Part shown: one piece after another, positions 21,352 to 32,715 of the stretch
Numbering within the stretch: the stretch's first letter is position 1
Layout of the letters: every line of letters starts with the position of its first letter
Notes under the pieces: generated by a model
Seen by the model: the letters and a program-made list of their open reading frames with translations, nothing else
Told to the model about the DNA's origin: nothing
The model's database searches: none
Position numbers and translations under genes: made by a program
Assembly: GCA_903872565.1 (NCBI GenBank)
Contig: CAIQLG010000189.1
Coordinates: 1-62,603 of the forward strand
Reading direction: 5' to 3'
Source: an uncultured Lentisphaerota bacterium
GTDB taxonomy: Bacteria; Verrucomicrobiota; Lentisphaeria; Victivallales; GWF2-50-93
DNA: 62,603 bases

Positions 21352-24191
21352 TTTCTCACCTCCGGCAGAATTATATAGATGCCGAGCAAATCCATCGGGA
21401 GGACTGGATGGACGACCTGGAACCTTTCCTTTTCAGCAAGCAGTTTCGAGAATCTCTGATGTGCCTCCGCCAAGTGATTCGAGCGCTCCTCGGCAACTTT
21501 GTCGAACTGAGTCTTCAACGAAGGAACAAGGGAAAGTTCATTGTTGATGAAGCCCGCACAAGCCTCAACGGTCAAATTGGCTGTGGCCTTGGTATCTCCA
21601 ATTATTTTTTTTGCCTCGGAATGGGATATGAACTTGCCGGAACTGGGCGTGCCCCTGTAGCCCCAGAGAATCATCTCCTCGGCGACGAAACGGCAGTCGC
21701 CGCTGCCACGTTCGATCACATTTCGGCAACGGCACAGAAAAATGGTGTGCTTCTCTTCAACTACATTCGAACGGATTACAGATGTCCTTGCCGCCTTGTG
21801 TTTTTCACAGTCCATCGTGTTTCGCATGATGATGTGGCAAAGCTGCTCGATGAATGGATTATTGCGCCCGAGATAGACAAGTCCCTCAGGCGTGGGAGAT
21901 TCGAAACTGATGAGGACTTCGGGTTTATTAGGGAGCAACGACTTGAGAGTATCGTGAAGGTTTGCGGTGACAATGCGCCACCCCTTCCGATGTTCGGTAA
22001 TCTGTACTCCCATTACACTGAGCGCATGGACGGCGAATTCTCTGACAGCCGCAGGATCGCCCAATGACTCATCTACCTCCTTGAGGTCTTTTTCCATTTC
22101 ATTCGCCTTGATGGAATGCTGGGCAAATATGGATCTGGATATCTTCTCCCTTTTTTCCGCCTCCTTGATTTTCTCGGACACGCTGAGTTTGACCTTGCGG
22201 GCCACGTCGAGCTCCTCGAATTCGAATTCGAGCTGATTTGCAGATTTTTGCGACAGCTTGCGTCCCGGGGAAAGCAGGACGGCCTGGGCTATCGAGTCTA
22301 TGATGCTACGGCTGTCTTCCGGGAACGGTATGTTGATTCCTGTGGATTTGCGTATTTCGCGGATCTTCCTGAGTATCACATCGAGGACGATGCCGTCCAC
22401 CGGGTTCTTGCCGTAGATCAAAGTTGCACGTACTACAGGCGAGATTTGTCCGAAACGGTCGACACGTCCTTCTCTTTGCTCAAGCCTGTTGGGATTCCAA
22501 GGGAGGTCGTAGTGGACGACGGCATTGAAGATGTCCTGGAGGTTTATTCCTTCGGAGAGGCAGTCTGTCGCGACAAGAACTCTCTGCCGGGCTTCCTTCA
22601 TTGCCTCCACACGCTGGCGGCGCAAATCATCCGGATCCTCGCTTGTTATCACCTGCAAATCAAGTTTTGGGAACTGTTTCTTCAATACCGTGGCAAGCAT
22701 TTCGCCAACGTATTTGGCGGTTGCAATGTAGCGGCAGAATACGACTGTGTTGAAGCCATCCTTGAGATTCTCGGCAAGCTTCAGTGCCGTGGCGGCGAGC
22801 TTGCTGTCCTTCGCTGGAGTGGCCAGGGAATCCATCTTGGAGGCCAGCTCCGACAGTCTGCGTTTCTGCGAATCCGTCCATTCGTTGTGCTCCATGACTT
22901 CGACGGGGCTCATATCGGATTCAAAGCCGGATGTAAATCCAGGATCTGCATCGTGGACAGGATTTTCGGAATCATCCTCTGCTGTGAATTCATCGGCGTT
23001 TGTGCGGTCAAGCCGGGCGCGGAGCATGGCTGCTCCTGCCGCAGGACTGGATATGACGCCCCTGAGCAGGGCGAGGGCCGTCCAGTATGAGACGCGTCGT
23101 TTCTGGCCTGCTTCATTCCCCTTGACCAGACTTCTGGCGAAGTCTAGTATCTCGTCGAAAAGTCCGTCAGCCTCCGGGGACATCTCATACATGACTTCCT
23201 TTGAATCGCGATCTGCGAACTGAGTTGTCTCGGAACACCACTGTGCGACATCGGCGCGGCGTCTCTGGATGAAATGCTTTGCGATATTTCGTCTTTGAGT
23301 TTCGTCTGCGGTGGATAGGTCAAGTTGCTCGAAGTCACTGCGGACAAGCCCGAGAATGGATTGAAACTCCTCCGGCTTCCCGCTGTGCGGAGTAGCCGTC
23401 AGAAGAACCAGATGCTGGTTTTCTCTGGACGCGATGTCGGTCAGCAGGGAATATCTCTGCTGCTGGGTCTTTGAAGCGCCCTGCGGCCTAGCGCAGGAGT
23501 GAGCCTCGTCCACTATCACGAGTTCTGGGCACTGGTGAATGAAAGTCTTCACCCTGGACTCGGACTTGATGAAGTCTATGGAAATGACTTGGTACGGATA
23601 GTGTTCGAAGACGGATGTGTCGCCCTGTATCTCGCGGTCAAGCCGAGCTTGCGTGGAAGATCTTATTATGATGGCCTCTATATCGAGCTTGCTTTCTATC
23701 TCCTCCTGCCATTGTTCGCAGAGATGCGGCAGGCATATTACGGCGAACCGGCGGATTACGCGGCGCTCCAGAAGCTCTCTCATGATAAGAAGCGCCTCGA
23801 TGGTCTTGCCGACACCGACATCATCGGCGATGAGAAGACGAACTATTTTTTGTCTAAGGGCCATGACCAGGGGAACCATCTGGTAAGAGCGAGGGCGGAA
23901 CGAGAGTTTTGCAAGGGAACGGAAGGGGCCAGCACCATTCCTGAAGGCCAGCCGCGCCGCGTCGAACAGAAGTCTTGAATCGGCGAGGTTCCCAATATCT
24001 CTGATTGTCGGGGGATCGAAAACTTTTGTCACCGGCTTGTCGGATGCCATATTCAGAGGAAGGTAGATGCCAGTTATTTCCTCATCGGCTCCACCAAGAG
24101 GTTTCAGTAGCATGAGATCCTTGTCTTCCGATGGAAGGACGACCCAGTCACGGCCACGGACATTTACGAGGCTTCCAGGGGTGAAGTTCAT
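21348..24191 (-). CDS. SNF2-family helicase, DrmD/BrxHII-like
   Basis: N-terminal [36 protein letters not shown] and [18 protein letters not shown]. Confidence 0.88.
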   Translation of the reverse strand: MNFTPGSLVNVRGRDWVVLPSEDKDLMLLKPLGGADEEITGIYLPLNMASDKPVTKVFDPPTIRDIGNLADSRLLFDAARLAFRNGAGPFRSLAKLSFRPRSYQMVPLVMALRQKIVRLLIADDVGVGKTIEALLIMRELLERRVIRRFAVICLPHLCEQWQEEIESKLDIEAIIIRSSTQARLDREIQGDTSVFEHYPYQVISIDFIKSESRVKTFIHQCPELVIVDEAHSCARPQGASKTQQQRYSLLTDIASRENQHLVLLTATPHSGKPEEFQSILGLVRSDFEQLDLSTADETQRRNIAKHFIQRRRADVAQWCSETTQFADRDSKEVMYEMSPEADGLFDEILDFARSLVKGNEAGQKRRVSYWTALALLRGVISSPAAGAAMLRARLDRTNADEFTAEDDSENPVHDADPGFTSGFESDMSPVEVMEHNEWTDSQKRRLSELASKMDSLATPAKDSKLAATALKLAENLKDGFNTVVFCRYIATAKYVGEMLATVLKKQFPKLDLQVITSEDPDDLRRQRVEAMKEARQRVLVATDCLSEGINLQDIFNAVVHYDLPWNPNRLEQREGRVDRFGQISPVVRATLIYGKNPVDGIVLDVILRKIREIRKSTGINIPFPEDSRSIIDSIAQAVLLSPGRKLSQKSANQLEFEFEELDVARKVKLSVSEKIKEAEKREKISRSIFAQHSIKANEMEKDLKEVDESLGDPAAVREFAVHALSVMGVQITEHRKGWRIVTANLHDTLKSLLPNKPEVLISFESPTPEGLVYLGRNNPFIEQLCHIIMRNTMDCEKHKAARTSVIRSNVVEEKHTIFLCRCRNVIERGSGDCRFVAEEMILWGYRGTPSSGKFISHSEAKKIIGDTKATANLTVEACAGFINNELSLVPSLKTQFDKVAEERSNHLAEAHQRFSKLLAEKERFQVVHPVLPMDLLGIYIILPEVRK

Positions 24192-27100
24192 TCTCTGACC
24201 CTCCTGAAGATGTCAGGTCTTACAGAAACCAGTTTGGCAAGGTCATCTTTGTAATAATAGACGATGACTTCGTGACCGGCAGCGATAAGCCTCTGGCGCT
24301 GGTCCTTGTCGTTTTCCCTAATAGCTGGCTGGTCGTGCGGGGTGCCGTCGCAGAATATCCAGATGTTGGGCTCGTAGAAAAAATCTGGCTGGCAGTACAT
24401 GTCGGTTGTCCTTTTCTGCGCATCATCGGGCAAGCGGATTCCGTGTTTGTAGAGATATTCAATAAATCCTTTTTCAGTCGTGGATTTTGGATCCAAGGAA
24501 TTGCAGAGCCTCTTGAACCTATCATCGTAGTTCTCCCCGTCTGATTTAAGGCCGGTGTCCAAGGTGCAGGCTCTGAGTTTGCCCAAGGCATCTTTGATGA
24601 GGAAACGGTCGAGAATCTGATGATCCCTCTGGTTGTAATAGGACAGAAGGTCGTCATACGATGCCTTGTCCTTGTATGCTGGATCGTCATAGCGCAGGAT
24701 GCGCCACATCTCGTTCACGACCTTGTGGAATTCCTTCGGGTCTGAAACCATCTGCGAAAGTATTCCCAGGGAGCCCTCGGACGCCTCGAAAAGAAGTATG
24801 TTGGGTGCTTCTGACAGTCCAGCGCACTGGGAGCCTATTTCATTGGGCTCCACCTGGAAGACGGTCTCGATGGCACGCCTCAGCGCATGCTGAAGCGTAG
24901 TAACACCGGCGGAATCCAGAGCAAGGGCTTTCATGGGCTCGATATAGAGGGCGTCCGCCGTGTCTGTCGTGAAAAGTTTGACAAGCCTTGAAGGCTGTGC
25001 GTTGGGGTTATCCTCGATATTCTCGATCTTGTTCTTCCAGATGCCGCTTGAAAGCACGACAGGAAAGCCTTCGTGCGGCCTGGCACGCCATTTGAAATTT
25101 ATATCGCAGAGACGTGCGGCCGGAATAAACCGCAAATTCAGCAATGGCTCCCCAGAGGATTTCACGACCGCCCGCTTCACCCTTGCCATCTGCCCGCCGT
25201 CAACTGTGAAGTATGTGCGGATGTCGTATCCTCTGGAAATTCTTTCCTCCTCCTCGCAAGTTATGCGTTCCTGGACTTTGGCGCGTGATTCGCCCATCTC
25301 GACGAGATCGGCAAGTTCCGTGGTGTTGCCCGCCTCGGCAAGTCCGGCGCCCGAGAAGGGGCAGTTGGACAGGTGTTTCTGATCCTCTGGAAGGAGATAA
25401 CCTGCTTTTTTACTGATGCGGGCGCTCCTGAGCGACCCTTCGATGTCCTGTGCTATCATCTGGCTTATCTTATACTTGCGGCCGTTGTGATAGATGATGT
25501 TGAGAGGGCCAAATTCATATAGTGCTATCGAACGGGGACGCGATATGAATTCGCCGCTGCCGTCAAGGGATTCTATAAATACCCTCAATGGCAGACGGGT
25601 AAAATTATATCCCGGCAGCCATGCTTCTGAAGCCAAATATCTGTAAGGGTAAAATTCGGATATCTGATTGGAGTGGCCTTTCTTAAACTCGTTGCGGAGC
25701 TGGCCAAGCTGATAGTGGGCAAGTCTCTGGTTCCGCTCTTCTTCCCTGTATCTCTCCGAACCTGCGACCAGCCTTCCGCTCTCAAGTTCCCTGGTCGCTT
25801 CGGCAAGTATTCGCTTTGCCTGAAAGTAGATATTGCGCCAGCGGTCGAGCGCCCTGTCCAGAGACTGGGAGAGGCTTCCCATGGTCGCGTCCACCCATGA
25901 TTCCGAAAACCAGCAGGTGGCATCAGTCTCCAGGTCCGCCCTAAAATCGGCAATGATCTTCATGAATAGGGATTTAACTCTGGCCGTGGTGGGGGAACTA
26001 AGGGCAAGAGTGGCTTTTATCTCCTTGGACAATGGCATAGTCTTTTCTTCGCTTTGGTCAATTAGGGACATCAGAGAGTTTCCATTCGCATCATCCATAG
26101 CGCCAAGTCCGACCTGAGAAAGAACAATGGCGTGCAGATGTGTCCTCAGAAGTTCCTCGTTGCAAAGATCCAGTCTTGGAGGGTTGACGGTTCCCGCGAC
26201 AAGGGATTCCTGTTCCTTGAAGTAGTGCCTGTCGTGGGCGGCATAGGAAGAGCAGAAATTGAATATGAGGGCGGCCTGCCCACTCCTGCCGGCACGCCCC
26301 GCTCTCTGAGCGTAGTTGGATGGATTCGGCGGAACATTTCTCATATGGACGATGGAGAGAAGATTGATGTCTATGCCGAGCTCCATAGTCGGAGAGCAGA
26401 AAAGTGCACTTATCTCTCCATCTATGAATTTCTTCTCGCGTTCCTGCCTGGTTTCCGTATCGAGCTGGCCGGTATGCTCGTCCCCCCTGAGCTGTCTCCT
26501 TGAAGCGAAGTCGATCGAATACAGGCGCTTGAAGAAGACATTGGGTTTGGCCGAGACACCCTTGTATGATCTGTTCCGCACCGGATCCAGGCTTACATTA
26601 ATACCGTCCCCTGGCTTCCATATTATCCTGTCGGTTTTAAGTTTGAAGAGTTCACATGGAGGGGCATCCCTCATCCTCAGCTCCTGCGAATCCAGGAAGT
26701 CGTTTTCCTTAAGGACTAGAAGGAGAGCCGCCATTATCTTCATATATCTTTCACCCTTGACGTCGCTTCCTCTGTCCCGAAGAAATTGGCGCACATATTT
26801 GCCGAGGGTACTTGCCGGCCCGATAGTCTTTGTGAACTGCTTGTTGCGCTTCGCCTTGCCTTCCAGTGCCAGCGAATACGGCAGGATAAGATGGTCGTTG
26901 CGCTCCAGCGACCACGGCTCCTTAAGTCTTTCCTTGATGAGGTTCTCCTGCTCGTTCATGGTAGCAGGCATGAGATAGTTGTTGCTGTGCATGGCATATT
27001 CCAGACGGAAATAATCGAGAAATGCATGGATGAATATACGCCTGTCTTCCGGCAGGACGGCGGAAAGTTCCGGCAGTGGTTTCCAGACCGATTCGTCCGA

Positions 27101-29320
27101 GGCCAGCGCATCAAGCCCCTCGTAGTCTATTTCCAGAAGCGCACATTGTTCGAGGTTCGGCAGCACTATGCGCCAGCTGCGGCGCAGGTCGTGGAGGGCG
27201 CGGTAAACCAGAAGATTTTTCAATGTGTCGTCATATCTTTTCCTAACGCCCGGCGGTGGCTCCGCTCCTTGGAAGTTTGCATATTCTTCAAAAGGAAGAT
27301 CAAGGGCGCGAAAAACCATTTCCCCTATGTTGTTTATCGTGAGGGTCCGGGTCTCCGACAGCCCAATGGCCCTACAGATGGCTCCCCGTAGCTGGATAAC
27401 CTTTATGAAGTCGTTAAAATGACCGGCCTGCAGCGAGGCGTCCTGGCGGTTGTCCGTGAAGCTGAGCAGTTTTCGATATTTCTGCTCGCATCCCTGCTCG
27501 GAAAGACGGTCAAGTATTGAGAAGCATGTGATTGTTGTCGCGGTACTGCGGCCTTCCTTACCAATACTTGTCAGCTTGTTGTTTTCACGGGTTTTGCCGT
27601 CGAACTCCATTCCGCATGTAGGATCAAACAGAAGCGGAGCAGCCATGAACCAGGCTTGCTGTCGCCCTTGCATCTCGCTCTTGCTCCAAGCTCCTGTTGC
27701 ATCAAACCATAACAACCGGGGGAATCGGTCCTTTTTATCCGGCTTGGGTTCGTATTGACCCTTCCTGTTCATTTTTACCCAGGCATCGGGAAGATTTTCG
27801 CAGTCCTCTTCGGGATTCCATACATCATCACCTACAATCAGGTATCCATCCTCCTTGGCGACATCGCCCTCATCCTCATCATCGTCTGAACAGTTTCTGA
27901 ATTCCCTGGGATGCAAGAGTCCATCGCTCCCAATGGTTACACAGATAAAGGCGTGGCCGGACCCTCTGCTGAATACGGCTGGATAGAGGAACCTTTCAGC
28001 CCCCTCCGATGTGACGTGCCTCACATTCGGATCCAAGGTAATGAACCTCTTACCTGGAGGATCGAGAGTTACATACACAGAGCCGGTCTGTGAGAAAAAC
28101 TGGTGTAGTTTGAAAGGCAGCAACGCATCGGTCTTCCCTGCGCAGGAATTGAAGACGCTTATCTTCTGGAGGAGTTTTTGAAGGTATTTGTGGCACTTCA
28201 CGGAAGGCTGGCCGCTCGCGGAAGAGAGCATTGAAGATATATCTGGAAGTCTAAAGGGTCTATTCCTCGCCAGTTCGCCGTCCTTTTCAGCCAGTGCTAT
28301 CTCTCGTTCCATCCATATCACCACCGGATTTGAGGACAGTGTTTTCCTGTCTGCACCCTCCGGAATATCAACCAATATCGCCGCCGAAAGCGCCTTTTCT
28401 GTGATGGCCATGCCGCAACCGATGGATCTTGAAAGATTCTCCGTTATTATATGTTCGGGGGGTATTGTCTTGCCAAATATCTTGGACGCGACATGCGCAG
28501 TTCGGGTTTTCTGCTCTGAGAGAGAACCGCCGGACACCATCGTCGCTGACGTTCCTATGCAAGTGACTGACTGGGAGCACTGCTGGCGTATCCTTCTGAT
28601 GAGCATCGCCACATCGGCTCCCTGCCGGCCGCGGTAAGTGTGCAGTTCGTCAAAGACAAGAAAGCGCAGATTCCGGAATATTGATTCCCGCAGGGAAGAT
28701 TCGTTGATTCTGGTCAGTATAAGCTCAAGCATCATGTAGTTTGTCAGAAGTATATTTGGGGGAGTCCCTCTTATCTTAATTCGCTTCTCATCCTTCTCCT
28801 GTCCGGTGTATTGCTCAAACGTCAAAGGCAGGTCTGAGCCTGTGGAGTCCTTGTAGTTCTTCGCGAAACCCTTCAATCCCTCGCTCTGTGAATTTATCAG
28901 CGCGTTCATAGGATACACTATGACAGCTTGAATCCCCTCTTTAGGTTTATTCGTGAGGATGTCGTGGAAGATCGAAGCCAGATAGGTTAATGATTTGCCT
29001 GAGCCGGTTCCTGATGTTACAACAAAGTCTTGTAAGGAGGCACCAAGCGCGATGGCTTCAACCTGATGGCGGTAAAGTTGAAAGCCCATAAACGCATGAG
29101 TAAGACCAGGATGAAGTTTAAGAGAACTGACTACTTCATCAATGCTTCCAGCCATCTCGAATGATGGATTGAACTGGATGAGCGGTTCCGGCCACAATTT
29201 ACCGCTATCAAGCTCTTGATCTATCTTGGATGCAATATCAGCATCCTTGATGCGGATAAAGCTCTTGATATATGAGCTGTAGTCTCCTACAATGTTTCGA
29301 TGCGCCTGAAAAATATCCAT
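24188..29320 (-). CDS. Large YprA/DruE-like DEAH helicase with DUF1998-like and Vsr/DUF559-like nuclease domains (fused DrmAB-like)
   Basis: [44 protein letters not shown] and [19 protein letters not shown]-terminal PDFFY...FCDGTPHD. Confidence 0.88.
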   Translation of the reverse strand: MDIFQAHRNIVGDYSSYIKSFIRIKDADIASKIDQELDSGKLWPEPLIQFNPSFEMAGSIDEVVSSLKLHPGLTHAFMGFQLYRHQVEAIALGASLQDFVVTSGTGSGKSLTYLASIFHDILTNKPKEGIQAVIVYPMNALINSQSEGLKGFAKNYKDSTGSDLPLTFEQYTGQEKDEKRIKIRGTPPNILLTNYMMLELILTRINESSLRESIFRNLRFLVFDELHTYRGRQGADVAMLIRRIRQQCSQSVTCIGTSATMVSGGSLSEQKTRTAHVASKIFGKTIPPEHIITENLSRSIGCGMAITEKALSAAILVDIPEGADRKTLSSNPVVIWMEREIALAEKDGELARNRPFRLPDISSMLSSASGQPSVKCHKYLQKLLQKISVFNSCAGKTDALLPFKLHQFFSQTGSVYVTLDPPGKRFITLDPNVRHVTSEGAERFLYPAVFSRGSGHAFICVTIGSDGLLHPREFRNCSDDDEDEGDVAKEDGYLIVGDDVWNPEEDCENLPDAWVKMNRKGQYEPKPDKKDRFPRLLWFDATGAWSKSEMQGRQQAWFMAAPLLFDPTCGMEFDGKTRENNKLTSIGKEGRSTATTITCFSILDRLSEQGCEQKYRKLLSFTDNRQDASLQAGHFNDFIKVIQLRGAICRAIGLSETRTLTINNIGEMVFRALDLPFEEYANFQGAEPPPGVRKRYDDTLKNLLVYRALHDLRRSWRIVLPNLEQCALLEIDYEGLDALASDESVWKPLPELSAVLPEDRRIFIHAFLDYFRLEYAMHSNNYLMPATMNEQENLIKERLKEPWSLERNDHLILPYSLALEGKAKRNKQFTKTIGPASTLGKYVRQFLRDRGSDVKGERYMKIMAALLLVLKENDFLDSQELRMRDAPPCELFKLKTDRIIWKPGDGINVSLDPVRNRSYKGVSAKPNVFFKRLYSIDFASRRQLRGDEHTGQLDTETRQEREKKFIDGEISALFCSPTMELGIDINLLSIVHMRNVPPNPSNYAQRAGRAGRSGQAALIFNFCSSYAAHDRHYFKEQESLVAGTVNPPRLDLCNEELLRTHLHAIVLSQVGLGAMDDANGNSLMSLIDQSEEKTMPLSKEIKATLALSSPTTARVKSLFMKIIADFRADLETDATCWFSESWVDATMGSLSQSLDRALDRWRNIYFQAKRILAEATRELESGRLVAGSERYREEERNQRLAHYQLGQLRNEFKKGHSNQISEFYPYRYLASEAWLPGYNFTRLPLRVFIESLDGSGEFISRPRSIALYEFGPLNIIYHNGRKYKISQMIAQDIEGSLRSARISKKAGYLLPEDQKHLSNCPFSGAGLAEAGNTTELADLVEMGESRAKVQERITCEEEERISRGYDIRTYFTVDGGQMARVKRAVVKSSGEPLLNLRFIPAARLCDINFKWRARPHEGFPVVLSSGIWKNKIENIEDNPNAQPSRLVKLFTTDTADALYIEPMKALALDSAGVTTLQHALRRAIETVFQVEPNEIGSQCAGLSEAPNILLFEASEGSLGILSQMVSDPKEFHKVVNEMWRILRYDDPAYKDKASYDDLLSYYNQRDHQILDRFLIKDALGKLRACTLDTGLKSDGENYDDRFKRLCNSLDPKSTTEKGFIEYLYKHGIRLPDDAQKRTTDMYCQPDFFYEPNIWIFCDGTPHDQPAIRENDKDQRQRLIAAGHEVIVYYYKDDLAKLVSVRPDIFRRVRE

Positions 29321-29541
29321 TTATCCACACCTTTACACCTTGGCGTATTATATCTCTTCCACGACATCCGCTCCTTGTTTCCAGGGACGGATAATTTAAT
29401 CCACCCTAAAATAACGATTCCATATGAATTTACAAATGGAAAAATTGCCAATCCTTCACCGCCAGAGAGGCTTACACAAATCTTGATATCTTCAGCCAGT
29501 AAAATCAGCCTCTTTTGTTGCCATCTAATATGAATAGAGCA

Positions 29542-29630
29542 CTAGGACATTTTGTGTCCATGGGGCTGGCCAGATGAAATATTAACAAAATAATTATTCC
29601 CTCGTTTTGATAGGACGTAAAATGTCCTAG
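29542..29630. promoter_or_regulatory. Pair of palindromic operator-like sites, TAGGAC-N7-GTCC(TA)
   Basis: TAGGACattttgtGTCCAT (29543-29561) and TAGGACgtaaaatGTCCTA (29611-29629) lie in the divergent promoter. The two sites are inverted copies sharing CTAGGACATTTT. Confidence 0.6.
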
Positions 29631-29668
29631 ACCACATACTATATTATGATTATAAATTGGAGGAATAT

Positions 29669-30526
29669 ATGAAAAAAGCTCATTCGACTGGGAAGGCTGT
29701 TAAGAACCGTGGGGTGTGGGTCGAATTGGAGATCAACAAGGGGGTGGTGGACGCCAATGAAGGTATACGTTATACGTGGTCGTATCGTGGGCTGCTCGAT
29801 GACCAGCAACACCGCAGACTAATGGACAGTCCTGACGACTGCGCCTTTCTCAGGCTGGACCACGTCTACTGGATAGATGCCAAGAGGTATGAGGTCGGCT
29901 GGTTGAACATACATCCCGTCAGATTCGGCAAGGATTATCTCTACAGGAACTTCCTCGGCTCGTTGTTCATCAGAGCGTGCGACGTGGTGTCGGTGAGTTA
30001 TATAGACGGCAAGAAGGATGTCGAGTGGATCAATGACGCCTCCATGTGGAATCACCCGGAGGAGCTGTTTTTAGATCATGAGTTTGGCAAGGCCACAGGT
30101 TCGAGACCAGGCGGAGCCGGCAAAAACAGGAAAACCGAAAAAGTGTGGATGGAACTGGAGACAAACAAAGGGATTACCTTCGGGCACAACACACACAATC
30201 ATCAGTGGATCACCAGCTTCAGGGCTTCGCTGGCCTCCTCGGACATCAAGAGGATCTTCGAGAGGCCATCCGACACAGGGTTCGTCACGCTGGACGATGT
30301 TTACTGGTTTAGCAGCAAGTGGGTTAATGGCAAGTTGAGGATATGGCCGGTAAGATACGGGATTGATGATGTTGGCACGCACAGGCACATGCTGGGGCGG
30401 CAGCGCATCCGAGTCTCGCACATAGTGACGCTAGCCCCGATCGACGGCGAGGTGGATCTCGCTTGGATGGAAGAGAACGCCAGGCAGAACAAACGGGAGA
30501 AGATGGTGGAGTTCATCGATGCTTAG
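29669..30526 (+). CDS. Hypothetical protein made of two tandem homologous domains
   Basis: ATG at 29669 after GGAGG. The pattern VWxELExNKG...LDxVYW...PVRxG...IDG..D..W occurs twice. Confidence 0.75.
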   Translation: MKKAHSTGKAVKNRGVWVELEINKGVVDANEGIRYTWSYRGLLDDQQHRRLMDSPDDCAFLRLDHVYWIDAKRYEVGWLNIHPVRFGKDYLYRNFLGSLFIRACDVVSVSYIDGKKDVEWINDASMWNHPEELFLDHEFGKATGSRPGGAGKNRKTEKVWMELETNKGITFGHNTHNHQWITSFRASLASSDIKRIFERPSDTGFVTLDDVYWFSSKWVNGKLRIWPVRYGIDDVGTHRHMLGRQRIRVSHIVTLAPIDGEVDLAWMEENARQNKREKMVEFIDA

Positions 30527-30714
30527 CTTGAAATTGAAGCCGAAAGTGGATAGATTTGATAATTATACCCTGTCTCTCAGGAAAGGACTCCTTTGAGAGT
30601 GAACTGTTCAACGTGCCTATTCAGAACTTTGGATTTCATCTGGGAGAGTGTGTTACCCCTAAACGGAGTACAACATCTGAGATGGGCAATAAGAGAAAAA
30701 AGGACTATCCAAAT

Positions 30715-31245
30715 ATGAAAATCCAAAACATCACAGGCCAATCAACAGAGCAAAATGTGCAGGATATCTTAAGAGAAAAAGGGCTTGAAGTCGAGAAACC
30801 CAGGCGGGACATAGGTGTGGATTTGGAAGTCTGGCTACCTGCGAAGCCACAGAAAAAGATCTACATTCAAATCAAGGGACGTGGGAAGACACAGAAGAAT
30901 AACCGATATAGATGGTTCCAAATAAGGACCACAAAGAAACAGAGAGACGATACCGTGAAGGCAGGACTGGCAGTTTCCGAGGCTTGGCAGAAAAAAGTTG
31001 ATCTTTGCGACTTCTTCGTGCTGGTTTCCGAGGGGAAAAAAGAGAATTGGGTATTCCCGTCTGCAATAATACGCGAAATAGTCAACATCAACAAGAGCAG
31101 ATATGGAAAGAGAAAAGACAACATCTCAGGAAAACAGGCGGAAATGGACCTGGATATGGAGCGAGACGGACAACCACTGACCAAAATCTATGAGTCATTT
31201 AAAGGCAACTTTGCACTCATAAAAGAAAAGTTAAACGGTGTGTAA
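30715..31245 (+). CDS. PD-(D/E)XK nuclease-like protein (DUF4365-like)
   Basis: G.STE, DIGVDLEV, IYIQIKG. Likely start MKIQ at 30715. Confidence 0.65.
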   Translation: MKIQNITGQSTEQNVQDILREKGLEVEKPRRDIGVDLEVWLPAKPQKKIYIQIKGRGKTQKNNRYRWFQIRTTKKQRDDTVKAGLAVSEAWQKKVDLCDFFVLVSEGKKENWVFPSAIIREIVNINKSRYGKRKDNISGKQAEMDLDMERDGQPLTKIYESFKGNFALIKEKLNGV

Positions 31246-31315
31246 TGGCATGCGATGGACCAAAGATAAACCGGTCTTGCTGATGCCAGTGCTGACTTAA
31301 TAAAGGGAAAACAAC

Positions 31316-31855
31316 ATGAAGCTTCTTGCTTTAGCCGACGACGAGCTGATGGATGTAGAACTACCAGACACCACGGCCGATGTGCTCGTCTCCTGCGGCG
31401 ATCTTCCGGACTCCCTCATCCTGAAAGTGGCCGTACAAGTGAAATGCCGGATCATCTTAGCTGTAAAAGGGAACCACGATCTGCTGATGCCGTTCCCGAC
31501 TCCGATCATAGACCTCCATCTCAGGACGCATGTGATTGACGGCATAACTTTCGGTGGATTCAACGGATGCTGGAAGTACAAGCCCAGGGGGAACTTCCTC
31601 TATGAGAATGACGAAGTGTCGCAGAAGCTGTCCTCTTTCCCGCCTGTTGATGTGTTTGTCGCCCATAACTCCCCCTCTGGGATGCACGAAAGGGATGGAG
31701 ACACCCATAGGGGGTTTGATGCATTCAACGGATATATCGCAAGGACGCAGCCACGGATATTCCTACACGGCCACCAGCACCTCGCTGCCGAGACGATGGC
31801 GGGATCTACGAAGGTGCTGGGCGTGAACAGGTATAGATATCTTGAGGTTGTATAG
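31316..31855 (+). CDS. Calcineurin-like metallophosphoesterase
   Basis: LAD, CGDL, GNHD, AHNSP and HGHQH motifs. Confidence 0.85.
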   Translation: MKLLALADDELMDVELPDTTADVLVSCGDLPDSLILKVAVQVKCRIILAVKGNHDLLMPFPTPIIDLHLRTHVIDGITFGGFNGCWKYKPRGNFLYENDEVSQKLSSFPPVDVFVAHNSPSGMHERDGDTHRGFDAFNGYIARTQPRIFLHGHQHLAAETMAGSTKVLGVNRYRYLEVV

Positions 31856-31905
31856 CAATTGGAGTTTTTCCCAAAAATTGAATAATAAAGTTCGCAGGAG
31901 TAATT

Positions 31906-32355
31906 ATGGCTAACTTTCAACGAAATGGGTCTATAAGCAATACATCTGTTGGCAAGGAATTTGAGGCTGAGGCAAAATCCTTTTTTGCTATGCAAGGAGT
32001 CATTCTTGATGAAAACATAGCAATAGAAATAGGGATTGAAGGCAAAAAGAAAGCACACAGATTCGACCTCGGTAATCTCATCAATAAAATCATAGTTGAA
32101 TGCAAATCTCACACATGGACGGAATCAGAAAATATTCCCAGTGCTAAGATGACAATATGGAATCAGGCAATGTATTATTTCCATGCCGCTCCAAAGGATT
32201 ACCGGAAGATTTTCTTTGTTCTCAAGCATTACAGCAAAAGGCATAAGCAGACCTTGGCGGCATACTATCTCAGAATCAATGATCATTTGATACCTAACGA
32301 CGTAGAGTTTTGGGAATATGACAAAACTTCAACGATGGCACAAAGAATAAAATGA
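31906..32355 (+). CDS. Small PD-(D/E)XK nuclease-like protein
   Basis: GKEFE...HRFDL...IVECK. SD AGGAG upstream. Confidence 0.65.
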   Translation: MANFQRNGSISNTSVGKEFEAEAKSFFAMQGVILDENIAIEIGIEGKKKAHRFDLGNLINKIIVECKSHTWTESENIPSAKMTIWNQAMYYFHAAPKDYRKIFFVLKHYSKRHKQTLAAYYLRINDHLIPNDVEFWEYDKTSTMAQRIK

Positions 32356-32481
32356 GATCCGGACTCTCCGGACGCTCTCATTTGAATATGCATGCGTATC
32401 AACGGTATGCCTAAGGGCATTGGCCAGATTTATAGAAGTGTAGTCTGAGCGATAGTTTCAACATAAAGAAGGACTTAACCA

Positions 32482-32682
32482 ATGAAAATCGAATGCCCGT
32501 ATTGCGGAAGCAGGATAGCTGCTGATGTAGACATAGGACAAGAGATACTTTGTCCTAAATGCGGAGAAAAGTTTGTATTCTCCGCGTCAAGTATTAAAAA
32601 GGAAATAGACAGAAAGCTTCTCGATCCCGCCGATCCAGGGGGCTTCTTTGCGAACTTCCCTCCGGAAGATGACAATCTATGA
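32482..32682 (+). CDS. Small Zn-ribbon protein
   Basis: CPYC...CPKC. AAGGA upstream. Confidence 0.6.
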   Translation: MKIECPYCGSRIAADVDIGQEILCPKCGEKFVFSASSIKKEIDRKLLDPADPGGFFANFPPEDDNL

Positions 32683-32715
32683 TGAAAAGAAAGACTACAG
32701 AGCAAAAGCTGTAAA

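Noticed and set aside
22116-23090. 324-aa plus-strand ORF and similar long antisense ORFs (2631-3335, 21408-22067, 26316-26978, 49838-50440, 54234-54833)
   Set aside because: They lie wholly or mostly opposite well-supported genes and show no recognisable motifs, so they are shadow ORFs.
29321-29329. TTATCCACA DnaA box
   Set aside because: Single copy overlapping the helicase translation-initiation region. No box cluster or origin context.
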